NCBI GenBank assembly: GCA_963848305.1
Contig: CAWKDC010000001.1
Span: 288,001-352,000 of the forward strand
Length of the DNA stretch: 64,000 nucleotides
Direction: 5' to 3'
Source: an uncultured Gammaproteobacteria bacterium
GTDB lineage: Bacteria; Pseudomonadota; Gammaproteobacteria; JABCZS01
The position numbers and the translations under genes are program-made. Numbering within the stretch: position 1 is the first letter of the stretch; each line of letters begins with the position of its first letter. Positions 17,862-27,270 of this stretch are shown here, piece by piece. Below the pieces are notes generated by a model. It did no database searches and was not told the origin of the DNA. It saw only the letters and a list, made by a program, of their open reading frames with translations.

Positions 17862-20836
17862 GATAATCCCCGTACTTGTTGCAGACCACAATCTAAATGC
17901 AGAAAACTTGATCGACATAACTCTTCATACAATTTATCCCCTACACCAATCGCAGCAGGAATTGCCATTTCAGCTGCGCGAATGGCCATATGGGAATTTG
18001 CCCCACCATATTGTGTGATGAGACCTGCTATTCCATGCGAGAAAAGCCAATCATATCCTGGATCAGCCTGGGGAACCAAGACAATCGACCCGCGAAGATT
18101 GTCATGTTTATCATGTGAAACAGCCGGGGCAGTCACCGTCATGGTGGTGATAAAATTAGGTTGAGAGGTCATTCGCTCAAAACAATAAAAATCATTTTCC
18201 GAAACAATCAGTTGTGGCAGCTCAACCATTTTAGTCAGTTTCGCATTTCTACGACGTTGATCAACAATCTCTTGAATCATCGATACATTCAATTGACCTG
18301 ATCTTATTTGCTTAAACTCATCGAACTGCAAATATGAAATTGACTCACGCGAAAGCCCTACAAGTTTTCCAAAATGAGAAAAATGGTCTAGTGCAATACT
18401 CAGATTTTTCGTAAATTCAAACTTGACAGACTCGCGTGATTTGATAGCGCTTATCAAATAATTCACAAAGCACGAGAAAGAGATTGGCGATCCCAGATCA
18501 TTCAATACTGTCTGAATTGCATATTCAGCATTTTTTGAAAAAATAAATTGTTTATGTTGCGGTTTCTCATGAATCAATTTTGTTTTACGCAATAGATACC
18601 GTTCAGCTTCCTCCCAATACGCATGTTGTGTAATTTCATATGTTCCTGGCCTGAGGTGCCCATATCGCTGGCAAAAAACATTAACATCTAACTGATCATT
18701 TGCGACCTGATATGCATCTTCTTCAAATTCGCCAGCCACAGTTTTGATGGCATTCAAAAAGTCCTGCTTATCTTCAACAGATAAAATATGCGCTCTCACA
18801 AGACTATTGATAAAACTCATAGCGACAAAACCTGCTCTAGCTGCATGAGCAAATGCAAGTGTACCGAATTGGCGACAGTCCTCCAACAGTAAAATGGCTT
18901 TGTCGAGCGGTTCTAAATCACTACCCAGTATCAGTTTTCTTCTTTCCTCAAGTTGATTTAAGCTCGATATGTCATTATCAAGTCGTGTTAACGCTTGACG
19001 GGTGAGGATTTTCAATCCGTCTGACAACGCGATGATCTCATCGTGAGTGATGCCCAGTGGCGTTAATCTTGCTTTAGCTTCCTGCTCAAAGGTTGGTGTC
19101 CACACTGTAAAGGCAACAGCAAATTCAAGTTTGTCGTGAAGGTGTGGATTAGTGCTCAGAATGGACAGGTATGCATTGACAAGTCTTTTGGCACAATCAT
19201 GGCTCACTGTTTTTGGGATAAATGAATTAAGACTGGCTCGAATATCAACATAAGGTTGACCACAAAATGACACCAAAAGAGGCTGCGGGCGAACATCACG
19301 GTATCCGAACTGTGCACGTTGCGTTGCCCATACATCATCTGTAATCAGGAAACGATAAAGACTATAAGCCAGTGGTCTTGGGCGGATTCCAATAATTTCT
19401 GCGGGATTCCAATCGGGCATAACGCCAAATAATGTTTTTTCTCCTAACATAAATGGAGTAGGAATCTGAAGTGTCTGGAAAAGCTTTTTACTTTGATGAA
19501 GAGAGTCAGCAATATCGTTATCGCTGATATCATAATTGCTGTGATCCACTGTGATTGGACGCACCTGAAAAATATGCACAGTGCCACGTTTATCAACGGC
19601 AAATTCCACATCAAAGCGATCATAATCTAAGAGCACTTCGAGCTCACGAACAGCCCCGACAACGGGCGGCAGCTCTGGCGCAATATCAACGACAGATGAC
19701 GTTTGATCGCGGTTAATCAATACGGTTCTCAGATGTGCGCCATGACCAGAAGTGACAGATTCTGTCGAGCAAGATTGGTCGTCGAAGTTGATGCGATAAT
19801 AAGGTGAACCTGTTTCAAGTCCACGTGTAAATACGACACCCGAAAATTGAACGTCTGATAAAAAAGATTGAATGAGAATTTGATCTGAATGAGAAGATTC
19901 ACCAGATCGATACGATGCCACAACACTTTCAATACCGACATAAACATCTTGATAATTTCCGCTATCCACATTAAGAATGCTGGTGTAACAACCTGCATTT
20001 GATTTTGACCAATTGTCTTCAGATTTAGAACTGCTTCGAATAACGATTGGTGAATCATGAAAGGATTTTTTTATTTCACAAATAATGTCATTGGGTTTCT
20101 GAAGCCATTCTTTCACAGTGAAGCAACATTGCTCACCAATCACAGACTTTTTGACAAGTGGAGATAGACGGCTGAGGGTTTCTGCTTTCGTACCTAAAAT
20201 AAAATGCGCGATGTCTTTCGGGGAATTGAACTCAGTCCAGGCGCCTTCAGCATTGATCGATTGAATGCTGAAACCCTTTTTTGACAGAAATGTGAGCAAA
20301 TCCGTTAAATGCTGTCCAACCCATCGTTCATTCAAATCGATCATGTATTGACTTGCAAGAGGAGAAAATTTTAGCAGTCCTGTAAATTCCATTATTTGAC
20401 CGTCAATAGACATGACCTCTGCGCGCTTGATATCTTCTGGATCACGGTTGTCGTAACGATGTCGCCACTGTGCATCGTAAACCCAAACAACATCAGCCGT
20501 TTGTTCATATGCTTGACGAATGACCTCCGGTCGAAAAATGGTATCTGCGTAGGAAACAATGGTTGTGGCGGCGCGCCAGGGTGCCTGAAAAAGTGTATGG
20601 AGCACTGAATGTGACTGCCACTCCGGTACAACGATATAATGCAATTGTGGATAAGCAGCAATAATATCATCAATATGATACCCGCCTAAAAAATGAACTT
20701 TGGGCTGAGGCAATACGGACAAACTGTGTATCTGCCAATCTAACGCACGCTTCTGGATGCCGATTTCTTTGAGGGCAGATGGCTTCTCTCCAGAAACAGG
20801 TCGTCCTGCTCCTAGAAAGAAAACATCACAGGCTAT
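17858..20836 (-). CDS. L-glutamine kinase-like PEP-utilising/ATP-grasp enzyme (Cj1418-like) with extra N-terminal NTP-transferase domain; start uncertain
   Basis: TKAETL, IRSSSKSED, SNAG, FGVMPDWNPAEIIG, GHLRPGTY, ADPGYDWLF, GGANSHMAIR (phospho-His). Frame stays open upstream of 20722 to 20866 and encodes DVFFLGAGRP...KPSAL. Confidence 0.88.
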   Translation of the reverse strand: MACDVFFLGAGRPVSGEKPSALKEIGIQKRALDWQIHSLSVLPQPKVHFLGGYHIDDIIAAYPQLHYIVVPEWQSHSVLHTLFQAPWRAATTIVSYADTIFRPEVIRQAYEQTADVVWVYDAQWRHRYDNRDPEDIKRAEVMSIDGQIMEFTGLLKFSPLASQYMIDLNERWVGQHLTDLLTFLSKKGFSIQSINAEGAWTEFNSPKDIAHFILGTKAETLSRLSPLVKKSVIGEQCCFTVKEWLQKPNDIICEIKKSFHDSPIVIRSSSKSEDNWSKSNAGCYTSILNVDSGNYQDVYVGIESVVASYRSGESSHSDQILIQSFLSDVQFSGVVFTRGLETGSPYYRINFDDQSCSTESVTSGHGAHLRTVLINRDQTSSVVDIAPELPPVVGAVRELEVLLDYDRFDVEFAVDKRGTVHIFQVRPITVDHSNYDISDNDIADSLHQSKKLFQTLQIPTPFMLGEKTLFGVMPDWNPAEIIGIRPRPLAYSLYRFLITDDVWATQRAQFGYRDVRPQPLLVSFCGQPYVDIRASLNSFIPKTVSHDCAKRLVNAYLSILSTNPHLHDKLEFAVAFTVWTPTFEQEAKARLTPLGITHDEIIALSDGLKILTRQALTRLDNDISSLNQLEERRKLILGSDLEPLDKAILLLEDCRQFGTLAFAHAARAGFVAMSFINSLVRAHILSVEDKQDFLNAIKTVAGEFEEDAYQVANDQLDVNVFCQRYGHLRPGTYEITQHAYWEEAERYLLRKTKLIHEKPQHKQFIFSKNAEYAIQTVLNDLGSPISFSCFVNYLISAIKSRESVKFEFTKNLSIALDHFSHFGKLVGLSRESISYLQFDEFKQIRSGQLNVSMIQEIVDQRRRNAKLTKMVELPQLIVSENDFYCFERMTSQPNFITTMTVTAPAVSHDKHDNLRGSIVLVPQADPGYDWLFSHGIAGLITQYGGANSHMAIRAAEMAIPAAIGVGDKLYEELCRSSFLHLDCGLQQVRGLS

Positions 20837-21048
20837 TGTGGGGTTGTTTTCTCGGGTTCTTTTTTTTTAGATTTCACAAATAGGGATTTTATTTTGTACC
20901 AATACCCCTTGACAGCCATCACTGATGCCACCAATAACCCAGCCAGGGCTGACAAAATGGCACTGCCCGAACCCGGGTCAATGTAGGCCATCGCAGGTGT
21001 GGCGAATAAACTGAGACATATTGTCGCCATGAGAAATCGTGTATGCAT
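20833..21048 (-). CDS. Small membrane protein: signal peptide, YIDPGSGS motif, TM helix, basic tail
   Basis: MHTRFLMATICLSLFATPAMA-YIDPGSGSAILSALAGLLVASVMAVKGYWYKIKSLF...; AGGGG RBS at 21056-21060. Confidence 0.8.
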   Translation of the reverse strand: MHTRFLMATICLSLFATPAMAYIDPGSGSAILSALAGLLVASVMAVKGYWYKIKSLFVKSKKKEPEKTTPQ

Positions 21049-21127
21049 TGTATTGCCCCTGAAATCCTTTAACACTCTGCAATATTACATGCAATGTGCC
21101 TAAAATACAAGGCGGATATAACGTAAG

Positions 21128-21817
21128 TTAGTTAGACTCGAGAAGTTTTTTTCGTGCTCGCCAGTCAGGCATGAATTTATCCATCAATGACTTGAATCGT
21201 GCATTATGAGAAGCTTCTAACAAATGCACCAATTCATGCACAATCACATATTCAAGACAAGCAAGTGGGTATTTTATCAACGCGAGGTTCAAGCAAATAT
21301 TGCGTTTAACAGGGTGACATGTGCCCCAACGCGATTTCATTTGCCTTATTTGACAATGCGAGACACGCTCACCAATCATCTCTTCCCAGTGCGGTAACAA
21401 TTGTGTCATTTTCACTTCTAATTGATGGCGGTAAAATTGCATCAGTGCCTTCTGGCGATGCAATATCGTAGAGTTTTTTGAAACAAATATATGGATGTAA
21501 TCAGAATCGATGCAATGAACTTGTGATCGCTTGAGACGTTCATTGACTTGCAATACATATTCTTGACCTAAAAAAGCATGTCGCTCCCCGGAGTGATAAT
21601 GATAAACCGCTTCCGGCGATTGTGATTGACATGCAGATTGATGTTTTTTTATCCATTGAATATTCATTTCTGCAAAACGACGAATGGATGTCATTGAGCT
21701 ATGCAAGGGTGCTGATAATTTCACGGTGCCCTGTGGCGCGCAGACACGCAATGACATGTTTTTCATTTTCTTGAGATGCACTTCAATTGAAATGCCGTCT
21801 ATGCTGAATGTTATCAT
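21128..21817 (-). CDS. YgjP/M48-like (DUF45) zinc metallohydrolase
   Basis: MKSRWGTC, YVIVHELVHL..SHNARF. Confidence 0.9.
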   Translation of the reverse strand: MITFSIDGISIEVHLKKMKNMSLRVCAPQGTVKLSAPLHSSMTSIRRFAEMNIQWIKKHQSACQSQSPEAVYHYHSGERHAFLGQEYVLQVNERLKRSQVHCIDSDYIHIFVSKNSTILHRQKALMQFYRHQLEVKMTQLLPHWEEMIGERVSHCQIRQMKSRWGTCHPVKRNICLNLALIKYPLACLEYVIVHELVHLLEASHNARFKSLMDKFMPDWRARKKLLESN

Positions 21818-21964
21818 ATATCAAGTTTGCAGTATTTATGAAAAAGTTTGAAATCGCCACGAGCCGTAATCAACTGACAACCGTAAAACCACAGATCATC
21901 TATGCCCATGCCGTAAAGTATACCGTAATATGTGACGTAAGACAAAGGTACTTGGGATTTATTA

Positions 21965-22408
21965 CTATACTTTCATCAAAAACCGATCCAATGCATTGGC
22001 AAAAGCCTGCTGATCCTGCTTATTTAACGGCGGTGAGCCGCCTGTTATCTGCCCTGCCCCACGTAGACCGTCCATGATATTGCGTACCGCAAGACGTTCG
22101 TGAATATTGTCTTTTGTATACATCTCCCCACGTGGATTGAGTGCATGCGCTCCTTTTTGAATCACAGCTGCAGCCAAGGGAATATCAGCGGTGATCACTA
22201 AATCACCAGGTTGAGAGACATCAATGATTTTTTGATCTGCAACATCAAAACCACCCAGCACCTGAACACGTTTAATAAAGGGGCTGCGCGGAATGGTGAT
22301 TGCATGATTTGCATAACAAATCGTTTGTATTTTTAATCGAATAGATGCGCGAAAAATGATATCTTTGACTTGATTAGGACACGCATCAGCGTCAACGAGA
22401 ATGTTCAT
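21965..22408 (-). CDS. YaiI/YqxD (UPF0178) family protein
   Basis: [32 protein letters not shown]. Confidence 0.92.
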   Translation of the reverse strand: MNILVDADACPNQVKDIIFRASIRLKIQTICYANHAITIPRSPFIKRVQVLGGFDVADQKIIDVSQPGDLVITADIPLAAAVIQKGAHALNPRGEMYTKDNIHERLAVRNIMDGLRGAGQITGGSPPLNKQDQQAFANALDRFLMKV

Positions 22409-23540
22409 TATGCTGCTCAATGCCTAGTCGCGCTTTCAAATAGCGCTCTTGCCGACGTGTTTTGTCTTTGACCTGCCCCACCAACTGCCCGCAAGCTGCA
22501 TCAATATCATCGCCACGCGTGCGTCTGACGGTCGTCACAAAACCGGCTTTAGACAGGATATGTTGAAAACGATCAATCGTATCGTCATCAGATCGTTGAT
22601 AAATCGTATGGGGAAAAGGATTGAAAGGGATCAAATTCACTTTTGAGGGAACATCACTCAACAACTTCACAAGCTGTCGTGCATGCTCTGGTTGATCGTT
22701 CACGCCCGCCAACATCACGTATTCCATTGTGACACTACGTCTTGGCTCATCTTTGAAAAAGTTTTTACATGCGAGCATCAAATCTTTAAGCGGATATTTT
22801 TTATTGAGCGGCACTAATTTATCGCGCAGCTCATCATTGGGTGCATGCAAAGACACCGCCAATGCCACATCACATTCTTTGCTCAGCGCATCCATGCCGG
22901 GAATCACGCCAGAGGTGCTCACAGTGACGCGGTATTTTGATAAACCATACGCAAAATCATCTCGCATCAAATTCAGTGCAGGAATGAGATTATCATAGTT
23001 CAACATCGGCTCACCCATGCCCATCATCACGACATTGGTCACGGCATGATCATGCATGCCATTGGTTTTTGATAATGAGCGCACAGCAATCCAAAGCTGG
23101 CTGATAATTTCTGCAGTGGTGAGATTCCGATTAAAGCCTTGCTTACCGGTAGAACAAAAATCACAATTCAGAATGCAGCCCACTTGTGATGAAATGCACA
23201 ATGTCCCGCGATTGGCAGATGGAATGAATACCGTTTCAATCGAATTCCCATCTTCTAATTGTATGATCCATTTGTACGTTCCATCATCCGCGCGTTTTTC
23301 AAGCGCTATTGTCGGTAATTTGATCTCGGCAATTTCAGCTAATTTTTCACGCAATACTTTGCTGAGATTGGTCATCTCATTGAAATCTTGAACACCTGCC
23401 GTATGGATCCACTTCAATACTTGTTGCGCACGAAATGGCTTCTCCCCATGGGATTCAAAAAAGGCGCGCATGTTCTTTAAATCAAGGCCTAATAGATTTG
23501 TTTTGGGTAACGTATTAATTTTCAGATCCTGTGACAACAT
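22392..23540 (-). CDS. rlmN: Dual-specificity 23S rRNA m2A2503/tRNA methyltransferase
   Basis: [15 protein letters not shown] radical-SAM motif, [22 protein letters not shown]; start approximate. Confidence 0.97.
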   Translation of the reverse strand: MLSQDLKINTLPKTNLLGLDLKNMRAFFESHGEKPFRAQQVLKWIHTAGVQDFNEMTNLSKVLREKLAEIAEIKLPTIALEKRADDGTYKWIIQLEDGNSIETVFIPSANRGTLCISSQVGCILNCDFCSTGKQGFNRNLTTAEIISQLWIAVRSLSKTNGMHDHAVTNVVMMGMGEPMLNYDNLIPALNLMRDDFAYGLSKYRVTVSTSGVIPGMDALSKECDVALAVSLHAPNDELRDKLVPLNKKYPLKDLMLACKNFFKDEPRRSVTMEYVMLAGVNDQPEHARQLVKLLSDVPSKVNLIPFNPFPHTIYQRSDDDTIDRFQHILSKAGFVTTVRRTRGDDIDAACGQLVGQVKDKTRRQERYLKARLGIEQHNEHSR

Positions 23541-23698
23541 ATTGATAAAATGCCCGCATGCTTCGCCCCTGCAATTCTGCATGATTTTCACGTTATTGTG
23601 AATCATACTGCAATAAGCCGGAACAAGTCAATCAACTAATAATGGAATTAAATCAATACATTAAAATATCATTGTATCCTATTGATTTATATGACCTA

Positions 23699-23727
23699 TT
23701 GACAAGTTTTTATGGCTGGTATATCCT
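23699..23727 (+). promoter_or_regulatory. Sigma70-type promoter for 23734 gene
   Basis: TTGACA (23699-23704), 17 nt spacer, TATCCT (23722-23727). Confidence 0.55.
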
Positions 23728-23733
23728 GGGGGC

Positions 23734-24681
23734 ATGACTCAACCTAAAGAACCAATACAGACAGATACCACGCTGACCGAGCAAGAAAAGGCCATTCTCT
23801 GGGGGATGCTGGCTGCCACTGCCTACGAACTTGTCGTTGTCGGCCTCGCTGTTTATTTGTATTTTGAATACGGCCTCATCGAAACCATGATATCTACCAT
23901 GGTGGCGCTCGGCATCCAATTGCTGGCCATGAAAGCTTTGAAAAAAGACATTCACCCTGTCTTATACGTTCAATTTTTTATTTTAATGGTATTTGGTTTG
24001 CCTGCGATGCTAGTCGATGAAGATTTTTATAAGTATTCGCAAGTCGGATCTGGGCTGATCATGGGACTTGCCTTTTTTGCACGATCTTTTTATGCGTCCT
24101 ATTACGACCAAACGGTACCTCCGCTTGTGCAATCGTTTATTCCAAACGATGCAACAGGCGCCCTGTCGAAATATTTTCATCTTAAGGATGAAGCATCTCA
24201 ACATACACGCATAAAACAATGGACACTGATCGGTCTTTCAATAGGAATCATCATTGGATTATCTCTTTTATACACTCAACAAGACGTTCTGCACAGCGAC
24301 TTTTTAGAAGAATGGGCTTCTTGGCTGTGCATAGCTGCGCCAGTCATTGCTACACCACTGTTGGGGTGGGGTTCTGCACATTTGGTCCAAGCATTTCCGC
24401 GCATCCATGATACGATCGCGTCGTCAATACCTCAAAATCCGCATTTATGGCGAAAAGTCGATCACCTCTGGTCCGCCGAAATGACAGCCAGCGCATTGAT
24501 CAGTGGTGCCGTTGCGCTTTGGGGTAATACTGATCAATGGTTTATTGGCAGCTATACCATTGGGCCGTCGCTCACATTCATTGCTTTCGCGATCTGGGGA
24601 AAATGGATGTATGATGCGGCTAAGTCAAGTTCTTCAGCACAGGCAACTGAGCCCAGCGCGTTGTGTAAGCAGGCGACTTAA
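23734..24681 (+). CDS. Multi-pass membrane protein, divergent YciB/IspZ-like with internal insertion
   Basis: ILMVFGLPAMLVDEDFYKY and LWRKVDHLW...WGNTDQW resemble the two halves of YciB; about 7-8 TM segments. Confidence 0.5.
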   Translation: MTQPKEPIQTDTTLTEQEKAILWGMLAATAYELVVVGLAVYLYFEYGLIETMISTMVALGIQLLAMKALKKDIHPVLYVQFFILMVFGLPAMLVDEDFYKYSQVGSGLIMGLAFFARSFYASYYDQTVPPLVQSFIPNDATGALSKYFHLKDEASQHTRIKQWTLIGLSIGIIIGLSLLYTQQDVLHSDFLEEWASWLCIAAPVIATPLLGWGSAHLVQAFPRIHDTIASSIPQNPHLWRKVDHLWSAEMTASALISGAVALWGNTDQWFIGSYTIGPSLTFIAFAIWGKWMYDAAKSSSSAQATEPSALCKQAT

Positions 24682-25885
24682 ACTCAAATTGCGTATCCCA
24701 GGTTTTATCAAAACCAACTGAAGCCAATCGCACAGTATTTTTACCGTACCGTTTATTGATGCTATCGAAAATAGATAAAAATGCGGCGGTTTCTTCCTCT
24801 TTTGCCTCATCTTGTTTTTGAAATAAATCACATTGAATAATGCTGTTGTCTGATAAATCATCCAGCCACACGCCTACTTTTTTGTATTGAAAAGCGGGCT
24901 TAAAAATCTCGCGCAAACATTGTTTGGCATGATGGGTGAGCACCCTTATATCATCGGTTGGCACAATAAAACGCACGGAGGCTGATTGTTCATATTGAGG
25001 CAAATCCTCCCGAAAACGATTCGTGCGCAAAAAAACACTGAGATGCCTTGCCAATGATCGTTGCTGACGCAATTTCTCATAAACGGATGCACAATGCATG
25101 CTAACGGCCTGCGCAAGCACATCCAATTCTGTTTCCATTTTATTGAAAGAACGGGATGATAGGATAGATTTTCTCGGCTCTTCTACTTGCTCCATCGCCA
25201 AACAAGACACGCCATTTAATTCCATCGCCGTTCGCATCATCACCACATTATATTGCCGCCTCAATTGATTCGGATCGATCTGTGTTAAATCGTATGCAGT
25301 ATTGATGCCTTGACACATCAGTTTTTTACGCCACTGCCGCCCTATTCCCCACACATCGCCAATATCGATTCTCTTCAGCCAATCAAGCTCGTTCATCACA
25401 TTAAACACAGGCACTTTCAAACATTTTTTAGCGACATGATTTGATATTTTGGTTAACGTTTTGCTCGCGCCCAAGCCAATCGAGGTGGGAATGCCTGTCC
25501 ATTTGAAAATCTTTTTTTGTAGATCGATACAAAAGGATTCGTGACGATCAGGCGGCAAAGCTGATAAATTTAAAAATGCTTCATCGACAGAATATATTTC
25601 AACCTCTTCCCAGGCATCCTCAATCACAGACATCACACGCTGTGATAAATCCCGGTAAAGCGTGAAATTCGATGAAAACACATGAATATGTTTGCTCATG
25701 CAAAATGGTTTGATTTTAAAATAAGGCTCACCCATCTCAACGCCGAGCGCTTTCGCTTCATTTGAGCGCGCAATCACGCAGCCATCGCCACTTGATAAGA
25801 CGACAATGGGCTTTCCTATTAAATCCGGGCGAAATAGCCGTTCGCAAGATGCATAGAAGTTATTACAATCGACCAATGCATACAT
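24620..25885 (-). CDS. umuC: Y-family DNA polymerase V catalytic subunit
   Basis: ALVDCNNFYASCE, YSVDEAF, DVWGIG, C-terminal SPAYTTRW. Confidence 0.95.
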   Translation of the reverse strand: MYALVDCNNFYASCERLFRPDLIGKPIVVLSSGDGCVIARSNEAKALGVEMGEPYFKIKPFCMSKHIHVFSSNFTLYRDLSQRVMSVIEDAWEEVEIYSVDEAFLNLSALPPDRHESFCIDLQKKIFKWTGIPTSIGLGASKTLTKISNHVAKKCLKVPVFNVMNELDWLKRIDIGDVWGIGRQWRKKLMCQGINTAYDLTQIDPNQLRRQYNVVMMRTAMELNGVSCLAMEQVEEPRKSILSSRSFNKMETELDVLAQAVSMHCASVYEKLRQQRSLARHLSVFLRTNRFREDLPQYEQSASVRFIVPTDDIRVLTHHAKQCLREIFKPAFQYKKVGVWLDDLSDNSIIQCDLFQKQDEAKEEETAAFLSIFDSINKRYGKNTVRLASVGFDKTWDTQFEFKSPAYTTRWAQLPVLKNLT

Positions 25886-25892
25886 ACTATAT

Positions 25893-26414
25893 TTACTCCG
25901 GCGTATGAATCACGTGGGTGACAACTCCCCAAATCACCAATTCGTGCATATCAGTGATATCCATCGGGTGATACTGTGGATTGGCGGGCATGAGTTGTAA
26001 ACGCCCATTTATTTGCGACAGCCGTTTCACGGTTAATTCCCCGTCTATGGCTGCAATCACGATTTTGCCATGCCGAGCCTCTAGGCTTCTGTCGACAATC
26101 AGCAGATCACCAGATTGAATGCCCGCACCCGTCATCGAATCCCCCGAGGCGATAACCATAAAGGTAGCTGCCGGGTGCTTGATGAATTGCTGGTTTAAAT
26201 CGAGATAACGTTCAATATAGTCGTCCCCAGGCGCAGGAAAGCCAGCGGGAACTTTACTACCGTACAAGGGGATGCCGTGCTTATGTTCAAGTAACAGCTG
26301 AATATCGTCCACCCGGGAGACTGGGACGCGGATAGACTGCGTCGGGCTTAACCCGAACTTCCCGCGCCCCACAGGCCGCCCCGCCCCTTCCCGCCGACCA
26401 CCCCTTTGAGCCAC
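25893..26414 (-). CDS. umuD: UmuD/S24 peptidase with N-terminal GGRREGAGRP extension
   Basis: VPAG/FP cleavage site, GDSM (Ser), TVKRL (Lys); probable GTG start 26414 after AGGGG RBS. Confidence 0.9.
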   Translation of the reverse strand: MAQRGGRREGAGRPVGRGKFGLSPTQSIRVPVSRVDDIQLLLEHKHGIPLYGSKVPAGFPAPGDDYIERYLDLNQQFIKHPAATFMVIASGDSMTGAGIQSGDLLIVDRSLEARHGKIVIAAIDGELTVKRLSQINGRLQLMPANPQYHPMDITDMHELVIWGVVTHVIHTPE

Positions 26415-26426
26415 AACTGCACCCCT

Positions 26427-26479
26427 TTTGATTATTGAAACAATATTCAAATAGTAGGTTAAGCGCTAAGGCCTGTCAA
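26427..26479 (-). promoter_or_regulatory. umuDC promoter with downstream palindromic operator candidate
   Basis: Minus strand TTGACA (26479-26474), 17 nt, TACTAT (26456-26451); inverted repeat TTTGATTATTG-aaa-CAATATTCAAA at 26427-26451. Confidence 0.7.
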
Positions 26480-26530
26480 GGAGAAAAATATGCGGTATAC
26501 TTCATGGGGAATATATGGGGATAAGGGACT

Positions 26531-26968
26531 ATGAGACCGTACAAACTAGACACATCATCATTGGCGCGAGCCATCAAGCAAATGGAGCAAAGTCTCGCCT
26601 ATTACCATTCAGAGACAGTACAAGCAGATCCTGGGCTGACACGGCAGTTGCGTGCGGCAGCTATTCAGGCATTTGAATTTACCTATGAGCTTTCATGCAA
26701 AATGCTGAAGCGTTATCTTGAAATGACCTCCCCTCATCCACAAGAAATCGAATCGATGTCTTTTAAAGATTTAATTCGAACAGGCTGCGAGCGTGAATTA
26801 TTACTGTCGGATGTAGAACAATGGACACGATTTCGATATGAGAGAAGTATTACCAGCCATACGTATGATGAAAAAAAATCAATAGAAGTTTTTCAGAGTA
26901 TTCCATCATTTTTGAATGAAGCAGAATACCTTCTCGCATCACTCAACACAAGAATCGGTGAAGTATGA
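26531..26968 (+). CDS. HEPN-domain toxin (HI0074 family)
   Basis: IQAFEFTYEL, RSITSHTY (RX4H followed by Tyr). Confidence 0.88.
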   Translation: MRPYKLDTSSLARAIKQMEQSLAYYHSETVQADPGLTRQLRAAAIQAFEFTYELSCKMLKRYLEMTSPHPQEIESMSFKDLIRTGCERELLLSDVEQWTRFRYERSITSHTYDEKKSIEVFQSIPSFLNEAEYLLASLNTRIGEV

Positions 26969-27264
26969 TTGCGATGAATTCTTCTCATCTTGAATTGGTT
27001 AAAAAAATTTTGCATCATCATCTGCCGAAAGGAACAAGTATTTGGGTATTTGGATCACGCGCAAGAGGACAATCAAAAAAATATTCTGACCTCGACCTGG
27101 CAATTGACATGAACGGAGAACCCATTCCAATCAAACTGCTTTCTGCGATCTGTTTTGATCTGGAAGAATCAGACCTGCCTTACAAAGTAGATATTGTAGA
27201 TTGGAATACGATTGACAAAACGTTCCAAGAATGTATTCGAGAAGATATGGAAGTATTAAATTAA
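26965..27264 (+). CDS. Minimal nucleotidyltransferase (MNT) antitoxin (HI0073-like)
   Basis: FGSRARGQSKKYSDLD = GSX10DXD; LPYKVDIVD; ATGA overlap with HEPN gene. Confidence 0.9.
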   Translation: MIAMNSSHLELVKKILHHHLPKGTSIWVFGSRARGQSKKYSDLDLAIDMNGEPIPIKLLSAICFDLEESDLPYKVDIVDWNTIDKTFQECIREDMEVLN

Positions 27265-27270
27265 AAAGGA

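Noticed and set aside
16480-20836. Phosphonate or phosphocholine (lic) cluster, or PEP synthase
   Set aside because: No PEP mutase, decarboxylase, LicA or LicD; motifs match the Cj1416-1418 trio and the pyruvate-binding barrel is absent
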